In this document: piece after piece, positions 23,139 through 35,600 of the stretch
Layout: each line of letters begins with the position of its first letter
Position numbering within the stretch: position 1 is the first letter of the stretch
DNA from: Scenedesmus sp. PABB004
Taxonomy: Eukaryota
Length of the DNA: 64,000 bases
Assembly (NCBI GenBank): GCA_014905635.1
Contig: JABVCE010000013.1
Location: forward strand, 1-64,000
Direction of reading: 5' to 3'
The notes under the pieces: generated by a model
What the model saw: only the letters and a program-made list of their open reading frames with translations
Database searches by the model: none
Told to the model about the DNA's origin: nothing
Made by a program: the position numbers and the translations under genes

Positions 23139-25659
23139 ATGGCGCTCGCAGGTGCGCGAGCGCGGCTAGGGTTGCCTCGAAATGGCGGCCAGCGCCCCAG
23201 CGCGCCGCGCCAGACGCTCAGTGTGACGCCCGTGCGATCAGACTGCGCGTCAAGGGCGGCGGGGGCCCGCCCGGCCCCGCCTGCGGCGCCGCCTGTCGCG
23301 GCAGCCGATCTTGCTGCACGTGCCGCTGCCAGGCGGCGCCCACGGCCGGCGACGCGGGCGGGGGCAGCTCGCAGCGCGACGCGCGCACGACCGCACTCGG
23401 CAGGCGCAGCAGCGCGCGCCGCCGCCGGCCGCCGCTGCTGCCGCCGACGGGGCGCCGCTGCCGCGCCGCCGCGCCCGCGCCGCCGCCGCGCAGGCCGCCA
23501 GTCCACCTTTGCCGGCTCCCGGCTGGCCGGCCGGCCGGCGGGCCGCGCGCCGGCGCGCGTGGTGCGCCTGCCGGCCGTGCGCGCGGCGGCGAGCGGCGCG
23601 CAGGGCAAGGTGAAGAAGGTCGTGCTCGCGTACAGCGGCGGCCTCGACACGAGCGTCATCCTCAAGTGGCTGCAGGACACCTACGGCTGCGAGGTCGTCA
23701 CCTTCACCGCCGACCTCGGCCAGGCGCGCGCGCCGCCGCGCAGGGGGCCGGCCCGGGGCCCGAACCTCGGGCGCGCGCCGGCTGGCGGCCGGCCCTGGCC
23801 CCGGTCGCGAGCGCCGCCGCGCCGCCGCCGCCGCGCCGCCGCCGCCGCAGGGCGAGGAGCTCGAGCCGGCGCGCGCCAAGGCGGAGCAGATGGGCGTGAA
23901 GCAGATCTTCATCGACGACGTGCGCGAGGAGTTTGTGCGCGACTACGTGTTCCCCATGTTCCGCGCCAACGCGCTCTACGAGGGCGTCTACCTCCTCGGC
24001 ACCTCCATCGCGCGGTGCGCGCCGCGCGCACGCGGCGGCGGCGCCGGCGGCGAGAGGCAGCCGCGCGGCGGCGTCGGCGGCGCCGGGGCATGCGGCGGCG
24101 TCGGCGGCGCCGGCTTGGCGCTGAGCGCCCCGCCGCCGCGCCGCCGCCGCCGCGCCGCGCGGCGCAGGCCGCTGATCGCGAAGCGCCAGATCGAGATCGC
24201 CAAGGAGGTCGGCGCCGACGCGGTGTGCCACGGCGCGACGGGCAAGGGCAACGACCAGGTGCGCTTTGAGGTCGGGTACTACAGCCTCAAGCCTGACATC
24301 AAGGTCATTGCCCCCTGGCGCGAGTGGGACCTCAACTCGCGCACCAAGCTCATCGCATACGCGGGTGCGCGGCCGCGGCGGCGGGGGCGCATGTGCGGCG
24401 GGGGTCGCGCGCGGTCGCGGCGGCGGTGCGGGCGCGCGCTGCCGTGCCGCGCGCGGCGGGCGGCGCCCACGCGGCGCGCGCCCGCGCGCCGCGCAGAGGC
24501 GGCGGGCATCCCCGTGCCGAGCACGAAGCGCGGCGAGCCGCCGTTCAGCATGGACGCCAACCTGCTGCACATCAGCTACGAGGGCAACGCGCTGGAGGAC
24601 CCCTGGGACGAGCCGGACGAGTCGATGTTCACGCGCAGCGTCAGCCCAGAGGACGTGAGACCGCACCGCCGCGCCGCGCCGCGCCGCGCCGCGCCGCGCC
24701 GCCGTGCCGTCGCCGCGCGAGCCGGCAGCCGCTGAGCGGCGCGCCGCGCTCGCCGCCGCTCCGCCGCGGCCGTGCAGGCGCCGGACAAGGCGACGTACAT
24801 TGAGATTGAGTTTGAGAAGGGCGACCCCGTCAAGCTGGACGGCGTGGCGCTGAGCCCCGCTGCGATGCTGACCGCGCTGAACAAGGTCGCCGGCGACAAC
24901 GGCATCGGGCGCGTGGACATCGTGGAGAGCAGATTCGTGGGTGCGTGACGCGCGCGCCGGGGCGCGGCGGGGGCGGCGGGGCCGCGCGCCACGCGCCGCG
25001 CGGCGCAGGGGCGCGGGAGCGAGGGCCGCTGCCGAGCCCCGCCCGCGCGCGCGCGCGCGCGCGCGCGCGCGCAGGCATGAAGTCGCGCGGCGTGTACGAG
25101 ACGCCCGGCGGCACGGTGCTCATGACGGCGCGCCGCGCGATGGAGAGCATCACGCTCGACCGCGGCGAGGCGCACCTCAAGGCGCGCCGCACGCCCGCGC
25201 GCGCGCGCCTGCGCCGCGGCGCTGTGCGCGCGTGCCCGCGCCGCGGCCCCCGTGCCACGGCCCTCCCACGCCCCTGCTCGTGCGTGCGCGCTGTGCCCTC
25301 ACCCGCCCGCCCGCCCGCCCGCCCGCCCGCCCGCCCTGCCCTCACTCGCGCAGGATGACATCATGCCCAAGTACGCCGAGCTCGTCTACAACGGCTTCTG
25401 GTTCAGCCCCGAGCGCGAGGCGCTGCAGGCGCTGGTCGACGCGACGCAGACGTACGTCGCGGGCACGGTCCGCCTCAAGCTGTACAAGGGCAACGTGATC
25501 GTCGTGGGGCGCAAGAGCCCCTACAGCCTGTACGACCCGGTCATCGCCTCGTTTGAGGACGACAAGGGCCTCTACAACCAGGCCGACGCGGGCGGCTTCA
25601 TCAAGCTCCAGGCCCTGCGCCTCCGCACGCTCGGCGTCAACCGCCACAAGATGGTCTGA
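23139..25659 (+). CDS. ASS1: Argininosuccinate synthase, plastid-targeted, 8 exons
   Basis: [80 protein letters not shown]. Ala/Arg/Ser-rich transit peptide. Confidence 0.98.
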
Positions 25660-26220
25660 GCGCGCGCCCGCCGCGGCGCCCGCGGCGGCGCCCGCGGCGG
25701 CGGAGCGCTGGCCGGGGCGTAGAGGGGTCGGGCGGGGGCTGCGGCGGCGGACTGCTCTGTAGGGCGCGCAGCGCGCGTGATCGGACGCAGCTTGCACTTG
25801 TGCGCGCGCGCGGTCGGCGCGGCACGATGAAGACAGAGGGGCGCGCGCGGCGCTGGAGCGCAGTCGGGGGGCGGTCGTGAAACGCAGTGACGCACGGCGC
25901 GGCCACTGAGCGCTCCCACACGCCAGCCTGAGCTCGCAGCTCCAGCGCGGACGCAGCTCCAGCACGGACGGACGGGCGCGCGCGTGGCGGCCGCAGGCGG
26001 CGCGGCAGCAGCGGCGGACACCGTGCGGCGCGGCTCGCTCGGCGCGCGCTCGCTCAGCGGAGAGGTGTGCCCTGCGCGCGCCACGTCACGGCGCGGCAAT
26101 GAGCGACCCTGGCTCGCGCGTGCAGCGCCGACGGCAGCGGCCGCGCCGCCGGCACGCCCGCTGCGCGCCGCTGACGCCGCCGGCGCTGCTGGCCGCTCGC
26201 AGGACAGCGCGGCGCCTGCG

Positions 26221-26394
26221 ATGCTGCTGCGGCGCGGCCTGGCGGCGCCCGGCGCGGCGGCGCGGCGGCCGGGCGGCGCGGCGGCGCTGCTGCGGCGGCC
26301 CGCGTCGCTGCCGGCGGCGCCCGGCGCGCGCCCTGCGCCGCGCGGAGCAGAATCCCGGCCCCTGCACGTGGCGCATGCCAAAAAGAAGGGCAAG

Positions 26395-26439
<45 letters not shown>

Positions 26440-29400
26440 GGCAAGGCCGCGGGCGGCGCGCCCGGCGGCACGCGCACGAGCACCAAGGAGGTGCGCGCCG
26501 CGCGCGCCCGCAGCCGCCTACCAGGGGGGAGAGCCTGGGCCCGCGGCGTGCGCCGCGCGCCGCGCCCCGAGCACCCCCCCCCCCCCCCCCCCCCCCCCGT
26601 CCCTGCCGCAGGTGCGTGACGGGTCGTCGTACAGCCAGGAGACGCGCAAGATCATCCGTGAGTCGCGCGCCCCCGGGTCGGCGCGGGGCTGGCCCAGCCC
26701 CTGCACGGCAGGCCTCGGCTGGTTCAGTTGCTGGCGCGGCAGCGCCGACGCGCACAACGGCGCGCGGGCCGACCGCCGCGCGCCGCGCGCCGCGCAGTGA
26801 GCCTGGAGCGCATCCGCAAGGTCGCGCCCAACGGCAAGGAGGTGCTGTCCAACGTGTCGCTGGGCATGTACCTGGGCGCAAAGATTGGCGTCCTCGGCGC
26901 GAACGGCGCGGGCAAGTCTTCGCTGATGCGAATTCTGTCCGGCGACGACACCAGCTTCGAGGGCAACGTCGTGCGCGCGCCGGGCATCAGGCGCGACGGC
27001 GCCGCGCGCGCCGCAGCGGCGGCCGCAGGCCCGACTCCGCGCGCCGCCGCAGCAGGGGCGCGCCCCGGCCCAGCGCCCGCCGCCGCGCCGCGCCCCGCAG
27101 GGTCGGCTACCTCGAGCAGGAGCCGCGCCTCGACGCGGGCGAGACGGTGGCGGAGAACATCGCGCCCGCGGTGCAGCACATCAAGTGCGCCGGGGCCCCG
27201 CCGCCGCGCGCGCGCCGCCGAGCGCACGCGCATCGAGCACCGGTCCGCGCCGCGCCGCGCCAGGGACATGGTGGCCGACTTTGAGGCGGTGTCGATGAAG
27301 ATGAGCGAGCCAGACGCTGACCTGGACGCGCTGACCAACAAAATGACGCGCCTGCAGGTGGGTGCCGCCGGCGCCGGCACGGCCGCGTGAGCGCGCGCCG
27401 TGCCGCGCGCCGCGCATGGCACTGAGCGCCGCGTTGGCGCGCCTTGCAGGACGCGCTGGACGCGTGCAACGGCTGGGAGGTGGACCGGCAGGTGGAGCAG
27501 GCCATGGACGCGCTGCGGTGCGGTGCGCGCAGAAGGCAGCGCAGCGCGCTGCGCGCTGGGCGCTGCGTCCCCGCCGCCGCCGCCCGACCGCCGCTCGCCG
27601 CGCCGTGCGCAGCTGCCCGCCCGGCGACGCCCTGGTGGCCAACCTGTCGGGCGGCGAGCGGCGCCGCGTGGCGCTGGCGCGGCTGCTGCTGGCCGCCCCG
27701 GAGATTCTGCTGCTGGACGAGGTGCGGCGGCGCATGCGGCACCTCCGCCCGCGCCCAGCGCCGCCCGCGGAGAACCCCGCCGATCCCAGGCCGCGTCCGG
27801 CCACACCGCTGCCCTGCGGGGCGAGCTCACACCGCCGCCACCGCTGTCGCTGCCATGCTGTGCCGCGCAGCCGACCAACCACCTGGACGCTGAGAGCGTG
27901 GCGTGGCTGGAGCGGTTCCTGGGAGAGTTCAAGGGCACCGTCGTGGCGGTCACGCACGACCGGTGCGGCCGCACGGCGCGGCGCGGCGCCACGGCGCCCG
28001 CGCAAGCCCCTCCGCGCCTGCCTCGCGCACCCACATGCGCGCCCGCCCCCGCGCCGTCCTGCCATGCACCTCGTGGACCACAGCTACTTCCTGGACAATG
28101 TCGCAGGCGCGCGGCCACAGCACACAGCACGCAGCACGCACCACGCACCACGCACCACGCAGCACGCAGCACGCAGCACGCAGCACGCAGCACGCGTCGG
28201 CGACAGCGCGCGCGCGTGGGGCTCGCCAGCGGCGCAGCCGCCCATGCCGCCCCGCCCCTGCCGTGTCCTGACGCCGTCCTGCAGGGTGGATCCTGGAACT
28301 CGACCGCGGCAGCGGCATCCCCTTTGAGGGCAACTACAGCGGTGTGCGGCGGCGCGCAGCACGCGCAGCGCGGCGCAGCTGCGGGCGGGCGCAGCGCAGC
28401 ACAGCGCCGAGCCCCGCGCGGCCACTCCCCGCCCGCAGAGTGGCTCGCCGCCAAGGATCGGCGCCTGCAGACCGAGGCCAAGACGCAGGCGCACCTGCAG
28501 AAGGCGCGGCGCGCGCCGCGCCTGTCGTGCAGCGCCTCGCTCTCGCTCTCGCTCTCTCACGCGCGTGCCCTGCTGCTCGCGCGGTGTGGCCGCAGGTCAT
28601 TGAGCACGAGCTGGAGTTCATCTCCAAGCAGGCCAAGGGCCAGCAGGCCAAGGGCCAGGCGCGGCAGCGCCGCTACGACGAGCTCGTCGCTGCGGCCAGC
28701 GCCTACGTGCGCAACACGCAGGTGCGGCGCGCACACCCCCGCGGCGCCGCGCGCCGCGCCCGCCCGCCGCGCCCGCCGGCCGCCCTGGGGCCCCGCTTCG
28801 AGCGCCGCCGCCGCCGCCGCCGCCGATGACGACCTCCGCTCCCGCTCCCCCTCTCCCTCCTGCCCCGGGCGCCGCCCAGGTCGACAGCATCACCATCCCC
28901 GTCGGCCCGCGCCTCGGCAACACCGTGGTCGAGGTGGAGGGCGTGAGCAAGGCCTACGGCGACCGCCTGCTGGTGGAGGGCATGAGCTTCAGCGTGCCGC
29001 CCGGTGCGCGGCGCGGGGCGGGGCCAGGGCGCGCGCGGCGGGGGCCGCGCCGCCGCCGCCGCCGCCGCGCCGCGCCGCGCCGCGCCGCGCCGCGCCGCGC
29101 CGCGCCGCGCGGGGCGCTGCTCCCGCCGCGCCGGCGCCGTGCGTGAGCGCCGCGCGGCGCGCCCCCGGCGGCGGCCAGGCGGCGTCGTAGGCATCATCGG
29201 AGGAAACGGGGCGGGCAAGAGCACGCTCTTCCGCATGATCATGGGTGCGTGGCGCGGCGCGTGGAGCGGCGCGTGAGGCGCGGGGCGCTGCGCGCGCGGG
29301 AGAGAGAGCTCCGCGGCGGGCGCAGCAGGCGTGGGCGGGCATGCGGGCGGGCGCGCGAGAGGGAGGGAGGACGGGCGCAGGTCGGCGGCGCTTCTCTGCC

Positions 29401-30309
29401 CCCCGTGCGCGCCGCCGACGCCGCCGCGGCCACCGCGGCGCCGCCGCGCAGGCCAGGAGGCGCCCGACGCCGGCAGCATCAAGCTGGGCGAGACGGTGGT
29501 GCCCATGTACGTCGACCAGTCGCGCGACGCGCTCGACCCAGACAAGACGGTGCGGGGCGCGGCGCGGCGGCGCGTGGCAATGCGCGCCCCTCCCCCGCGC
29601 GCGTCGCGCCGCGCCGCACCGACGCGTCCGCGCCGCCGCCTGCCTGCCCAGGTGTACGAGGCGATCAGCGGCGGGTCGGACGAGGTCGACCTCAACGGCC
29701 GCACCGTCAACGCGCGGGCCTACGCCTCGTGGTACAATTTCAAGGGCTCGGAACAGTCCAAGAAGGTCGGCGTGCTCTCCGGGGGCGAGCGCAACCGACT
29801 GCAGCTCGCCTCCGTGCTGCGCCAGAGCGGCAACCTTCTTCTGCTTGACGAGCCGACCAATGACCTCGACGTCAACACTCTCAGGCGCGTGTGGCGCCAC
29901 GGCGCGGCCTGGCTGACGCGCCCGCGCGCCCGCCCACGCACGCGCGCCGCCGCCGCCGCCGCCGCCAGGTGCCTGGAGGAGGCGGTGCTGAACTTTGCCG
30001 GCTCCGTGCTCGTCATCAGCCACGACCGGTTCTTCCTCGACCGCGTGGCCACGCACATCCTGGCGTTCGAGGGCGACAGCAAGGCACGCGGCGCGCGAGC
30101 TGGGCGGCCGCGCGGCGCGCGCGCGTACGCGCGCCGCGCTCGGCGCGCAGCGCTCAGCGCTTTTGGCCCCGCCGCCGGGCGCGGCCACGCAGGTGACGTG
30201 GTTCGAGGGCGGCTACAGCGAGTACGAGGCGGCGCGCCGCGCGGCGCTCGGCGGCAGCGCGCTCTCCCCGCACAGGCTCAAGTTCAGGAAGCTGGCGGCC
30301 ATGGCATGA
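26221..30309 (+). CDS. ettA: ABC-F ATPase, EttA/YjjK (ChvD) type, with transit peptide, about 18 exons
   Basis: [127 protein letters not shown]. No TM domains. Confidence 0.93.
28118..28195 (+). repeat. Intronic 7-mer microsatellite (GCAGCAC/GCACCAC)n
   Basis: About 10 tandem heptamers inside the ettA intron 28107-28284. Confidence 0.85.
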
Positions 30310-30532
30310 TCGGCGGCCTCGCCGCGCGCGGTCGCGGCGAGCGCCGGGCTCCCAGGCCCGGCCGCGCGCGCGCTGTGAACGGGCAGGCGCCCGGGCAACT
30401 GTCGAGGCTGCAGACGTCGTCCCGCGCGCGCCGTGGCCCAGCTTACCGCTGCAGCAACGGCTCGCCGCCGCGCAGTCAAACGCAACAGCGCCGGCCGCGC
30501 AGACCCCGCACGCACCGCCACGCGCTCAGCGC

Positions 30533-31678
30533 TCAGCCCGCCTGCGGCGTCCCGTCCCGCTCCATCGGCTGCTGCTCCTGCTGCTCCTGCTGCTGCCCCG
30601 CCGGCGCGCCAGCCCGCCGCCGCCCGCGCCGCCCGCGCCGCACCGGCTCGCTGTCGCCGCCCTCGCCGCCGCTGGCGTCGCCGCTGCCGCCGTCGGCCTG
30701 CTGCGCGCCGCCGGCAGAGTCGGCCTCGTCCGCCACGTCCGCGTCGGCGGCGCCGCCGACGTCGTCGTCCTGCGAGGCCAGCAGCCGCCGCGCCTGCGCG
30801 GCGGGGACGGGGGACGGCGGGGCGGCGGCGCGCAGAACTCAGCAGCGGCGGAGGCCGCAGCGGCGGCGCAGGCGGCGGCACGGCGCAGCGCGCCCGCGGC
30901 GCACCTGCTGCAGCGCCTGCTTCATGTTGTAGTGCTGCCGGCGCATGGCCTCAAAGCGCCGCTTCTTGTCGCCGTCGCCGCAGCCCTCGCTGCCGCTGCT
31001 CGTCAAGGACGTGCTGGGCGCCTGCAGCCGCGGCGGCGCGTGCTGCTGCGCCGCCGCCGCCGCCGGCGCCGGCTGCTGCTGCTGCGGCTGCGGGCGGGGC
31101 AGAGCACGGCAGCGCGTCGGCGGCGACCGCGCCGCGCCGCGCCGCGCCGCGCCGCGCCGCGCCACGCGCGCCGCCCGGCCGCCGGCCCGGCGCGGCGCCG
31201 GGGGACCCGCACCTCTGGCGCGGCCGCGCCGGCGCCGTCGCTGCTGCCCGCCCCGCGCGGCCGGCTGGGCCCCGGGGGCGTGAACTCGGCGCCGCCGTTG
31301 CGCATGACGTAATCAAACGCCGTCATGCCGGGCGCCTTGGCACCCGCCGTCTCGGCCGCTGCACGGGGCGGGGCGAAGCGGGCGCTGCGTGTGCATCGAG
31401 GCGCCCGCCGCCTGCCGCGGCGCCCGCCGCGGCGCCCGCCGCGCGCGCGCGCGCGCACCCTGGTCGCCCGGCGCGCCGCCGCCCTCGTCGTCGTCGTCGA
31501 GCTCGAGGGGGCGCATGTCCTCGTCGTCGCCGTCGATCGGCGGCAGCGGCGCGTGGTACGGCGTCTTGGGCTCCGCGATCTTCACGCCGCTGTACTCCTT
31601 CTGGATCTCCGTGTTGGCGGCCAGGTTGTCCTCGTCCCACACCACGCGCGCCGCCTTCTTGCTGCCCGGGCGCGACAT
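30533..31678 (-). CDS. IPP2: Protein phosphatase 1 inhibitor-2 family protein
   Basis: RVVW (RVxF/W PP1-docking motif), [21 protein letters not shown], acidic tail. Confidence 0.9.
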
Positions 31679-32639
31679 GGCGGCGCCGGCGCCCCGCGCC
31701 GCGCCGCTGCTGCTGCTGCGTTCGCCGCCGCTGGCCCGCCGTGCGGCGCTGCCGCCCTCGCCCTGACTCAGCGCTGGGTGCGAGGCCCCGCTGGTGCGCC
31801 GCTGGCGGGGCGGGGCGGGCGGGGGAGCCCGGCGAGAGCGCGGGCGGCCGCCCGCCCGCGGGCGAGCAGCAGCCCTTGTCGCAGGCGCGCGGAGCGGAGC
31901 GGGGCTGTGATCGCGGCGAGCGCTGCGGCTGGTGAGCAGGAGGCGTGGAGCGGCGCGCGGGGACTGACGAAGAACGGCGCTGCAGCGGGAGCTGGCCGGG
32001 CAAGCAGCAGAGCCCGCGCTGGACCCCGCAACGCGTGCTGACCGTCGCCGCCGCGCGAGAGCCTGCCCGGGACTGCCACATCGCAGACCCTGCAGTCCCA
32101 GCGCAGCCCCGCGCACCCGCGCGCTGTGCTTCGCTGCCGCCGCTGCCGCGCCGCGCGCCGCGCGCCCCGGCGAGCCGGGCCCTGCTCGCGCCGCGCCTGA
32201 TGCGGCGACCAGGCATGGACCTCACCTGGCCAGGCCAGGGCGGGGCGCAGCGGCGACCGCCAGCGCGCACGCCGGGAGCGGTCGCGGGCGGTGCCGCCGC
32301 AGCGCGCGCCGTCGCGGCGGCGAGCCCGAGCGCGCCACGCCCCCAGCCGGTCGCCTACACTTGAAGACGGGCCGAGCGCGCGGCGGCCGCGCTGCAAGCG
32401 GACGACGACCGGCGGCGGCGGCAGTCCGCCGGGCGCTTGCTGCCGCTGCACTCCAAAAGCCCGCGCCCATCACCGGTCCCATCACACGCTACGAGGAGTA
32501 GTAGCGCGAGGTGCCGCGGCACGCGCCCCCGCCACCGCGGCCGCCGGAGCAGCGACGCGCGGCCGCAGCAGTCAACGGCCGTGATGCGCCGCGCCTGAGC
32601 CCCCAGGTGCTCCCGCTGCCGCGTGAGGACGGTCAGCGC

Positions 32640-35600
32640 ATGGCGGCGCCCCAGGGCCTGGTGCCACGGTGCGGCGGCGCGCGGGCGGGCGGCGGCGCCG
32701 GCCGGCGCTCGCGGCGCGCTCGAGCTGCGCGCGCACCCCCCCCCCTTCCCCTGCGCAGGCTGGCGTTTGGCTTTCGCAGCAGCGTGCGCGACGCACTGCA
32801 CTATGGCGACGACGGCGGCTTCGTGTTCCCCGCCGGCGCGGCGGTCGTGCTCGTCTCGCCCGACGGCCACTCGCACCGCTTCCTGCCGGGCAGCCCCGAC
32901 TGCGAGGGCATCACCGCGCTGGCGCTGTCGCCCAACAAGAAGCTGCTGGCGGTGGCGGAGCGCTCGGAGCGCGCCGTCGTGTGCGTATACGACCTCACCA
33001 CGCTCAAGCGGCGCAAGCAGCTGCTCGCCGCCGACGTCGGCGCACGGGTGCGCGTGCGCCGCCGCCGCAGCGCGGGGCGCGCGCGCGCGCGCGCGTACAC
33101 GCGCCGCGGCGCGGGCCGCCCACGAGCCGCGCCGGCCGCCGCCGCGGCGGCGCGCAGGAGTACGTGAGCCTGAGCTTCAGCCCGGACGGCAAGCTGCTGC
33201 TGGCGCAGGGCGGCGGCCCCGACTGGAACCTGCTGCTGTGGGCGTGGGAGAAGAGCAAGGTGGCCAGCAGCGTGCGCAGCACCAACCTCCAGGGCAGCCC
33301 CGTGGTGCAGGTGCAGCCCCGCTCCGCGCCGCAGCGCGCCGCGCCGCGCCCGCGCGAGCCGTGCGCACCGCCCCCACCGCGCGGCGCCGCGCCGCCGCGC
33401 GCCGCACAGGCGAGCATGAGCCCCGGCGAGGGCGCGCTCGTGACGGTGGTGGGCACGGGCGTGCTCAAGATGTTCAAGGTCGCCGACCAGGCGCTCAAGC
33501 CGCTGCCGCTCGCGGCCAACCGCCGTGACAGCCTCAGCTTCACCTGCCAGGCCTGGGTGCCGGCCGCGGCGGGCGCCGACGCCGCCGACGCCAAGGCTGG
33601 CGCCGGCGACCGCGAGCGGCAGCTGCTCGGCACGGCGGACGGCGAGGTGCTGCTCTTTGACGGCGCCGAGCCGCGCGCCACGTTTGCGGTGGACGAGGGC
33701 CGCGCCGTGGAGAGCCTGGCAGCGCACAGCAAGGGCTTCGTTGCCGGCCTGGACCGCGGCCTGGTCGCGCTGTTTGACCGCGACGAGCGCGACGCGTACC
33801 GCCGCACGCGGACCTTCACGATCATGGAGCACCCGCTGCCCGTCAGGCGCGCGCCGCGGCGGCCCCGCACGCGGCCGCCCAGCGCCGCCGCGCACGCGGA
33901 CGCCCGCCCAGCGCCGCCGCCGACGCCCGCGAGCTGCCGCGCGCGCGCGCGCGCAGGAGCCTGGCGATCAGCTCGACCGAGGAGCAGCTCGCGCTGAGCC
34001 TGTTTGGCGGCCCCGCGTTCACGCTGGCGCTGAACAACCAGGAGCTCATGAAGGCGGAGGACATGAACTTTGAGCTGCTCGGCCCCGGCGTGCACACCGC
34101 GGGTGCGCCCGCTGCGCGCGCGCAGCGGCGGCCGCCGGCGCCGCAGCCGCACGCCGCGCCCGCACCGAGCCGCCCCCGCGCCTGCCGCCCCGCCTGCCGC
34201 CGCGCGCGCAGCCGTGACGGGGCTCGACCTGTGCGTGCGGCGGCCGCTCGTCGCGACGTGCGGCGCCGACCACACGGTGCGGCTGTGGAACTATGCCGAC
34301 CGCACGTGCGACCTCAACAAGTGCTTTGCCGAGGAGGCCCACAGCATGGCGATCCACCCCTCGGGCCTGCAGGTGCGGGTGCCGCACCGCGCCGCGCCGC
34401 GCCGGGGCGAGCGCCGCCCGCTGGCCGCCGGCGGCAGCGCGCCGCGCGCCGCGCCTGGCTGACCACGGGCGCCGCGCAGCTGCTGGTGGGCTTTGCCGAC
34501 AAGCTGCGCCTGCTGAGCGTGCTCATGGATGACCTCAAGACGGTCAAGGAGGTGCGCCGCGCGGGCCGGGGACGGCCGCCCCGCTGCGCTGCGCCGCCAG
34601 CGGGGCCCGTGCGGGTGGGGGCGCCCGACCCGCCCGCCCCGCCGGCCCGCCTGGCCAGGTCGCGATCAAGGGCTGCCGAGACGTCGCGTTCAGCAACGGC
34701 GGCCAGTACTTTGCTGCCGTGAACGGCGTGACGCTGTCGCTGTACAACACCCACACCTGCGAGTGCCTCGGCAACCTGCGCGGCCACAACGGCAAGGTGC
34801 GCCGGCACCGGCGACGCGCTCCCGCGCGCGCGGCGCGCAGGCAGGCAGGCGGGTAGGCAGGCCAGCCCAGCGGGGGGGGGGGGGTGCCGTGCGCGCCTGC
34901 CAGGCACCCGAGCTGCCGCCGCCGCGCCCGCTCGCGCGTGCGTGCGCAGGTGCGCGCCATCTGCTGGGCCTCCAACGACGCGAGCATCGTGTCGGCGGGC
35001 GCCGACGGCGCTGTGTATGAGTGGCGCCTGTCCGACTTCAAGCGCGACAAGGAGAATGTCCTCAAGGGCTGCCAGTACAGGTGGGAGCTTCGCCCCAGCC
35101 GCCTGCATGCAACACGTGGGCTGAGCTGGCGCGCGCACGCGCTGTGGGGAGCTGCGCCGGCCGACCCCGCCCGCCGCCGCGCCCCGCGCCCCGCGCCCTG
35201 CGCCGCAGCGCCGTGGCGGCCACGCCCGACATGAAGGTCCTGCTCGCCGCCGGCAGCGACCGCAAGCTCAAGGAGCTCGAGGACGTGCCGGTGAGCCCCA
35301 GCACGCCCGCAAACACGGGGGGCCAGGCGACGCCCGGCCGACGGCCAGCGCCTGGGCTGAGAGCGGAAGGGCAGCACCCGCACGCGCAGGCGCCCCTGCC
35401 CTCTCACCGACCTGCCGCCGCCGCCGCCGCCGCAGGGCGCGGGCACGCAGGTCACCCGCGAGGTCGACACGCAGGTCGCCATCACCGCGCTGGCGCTGCC
35501 GTTTGGTGGCAAGGTCCTGTTTGCCGCCACCGAGGCGGGCGCTGTGCGGGGGTACAAGTTCCCGCTCACAGGTGCGCGCGGCTGCGTGCTGGGGCGGGCC

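Noticed and set aside
21728..26598. Long G/C homopolymers in introns (21728-21751, 26573-26598; also 54541-54557) as functional G-quadruplexes
   Set aside because: They occur on either strand, their lengths are unreliable in assemblies, and nothing indicates function.
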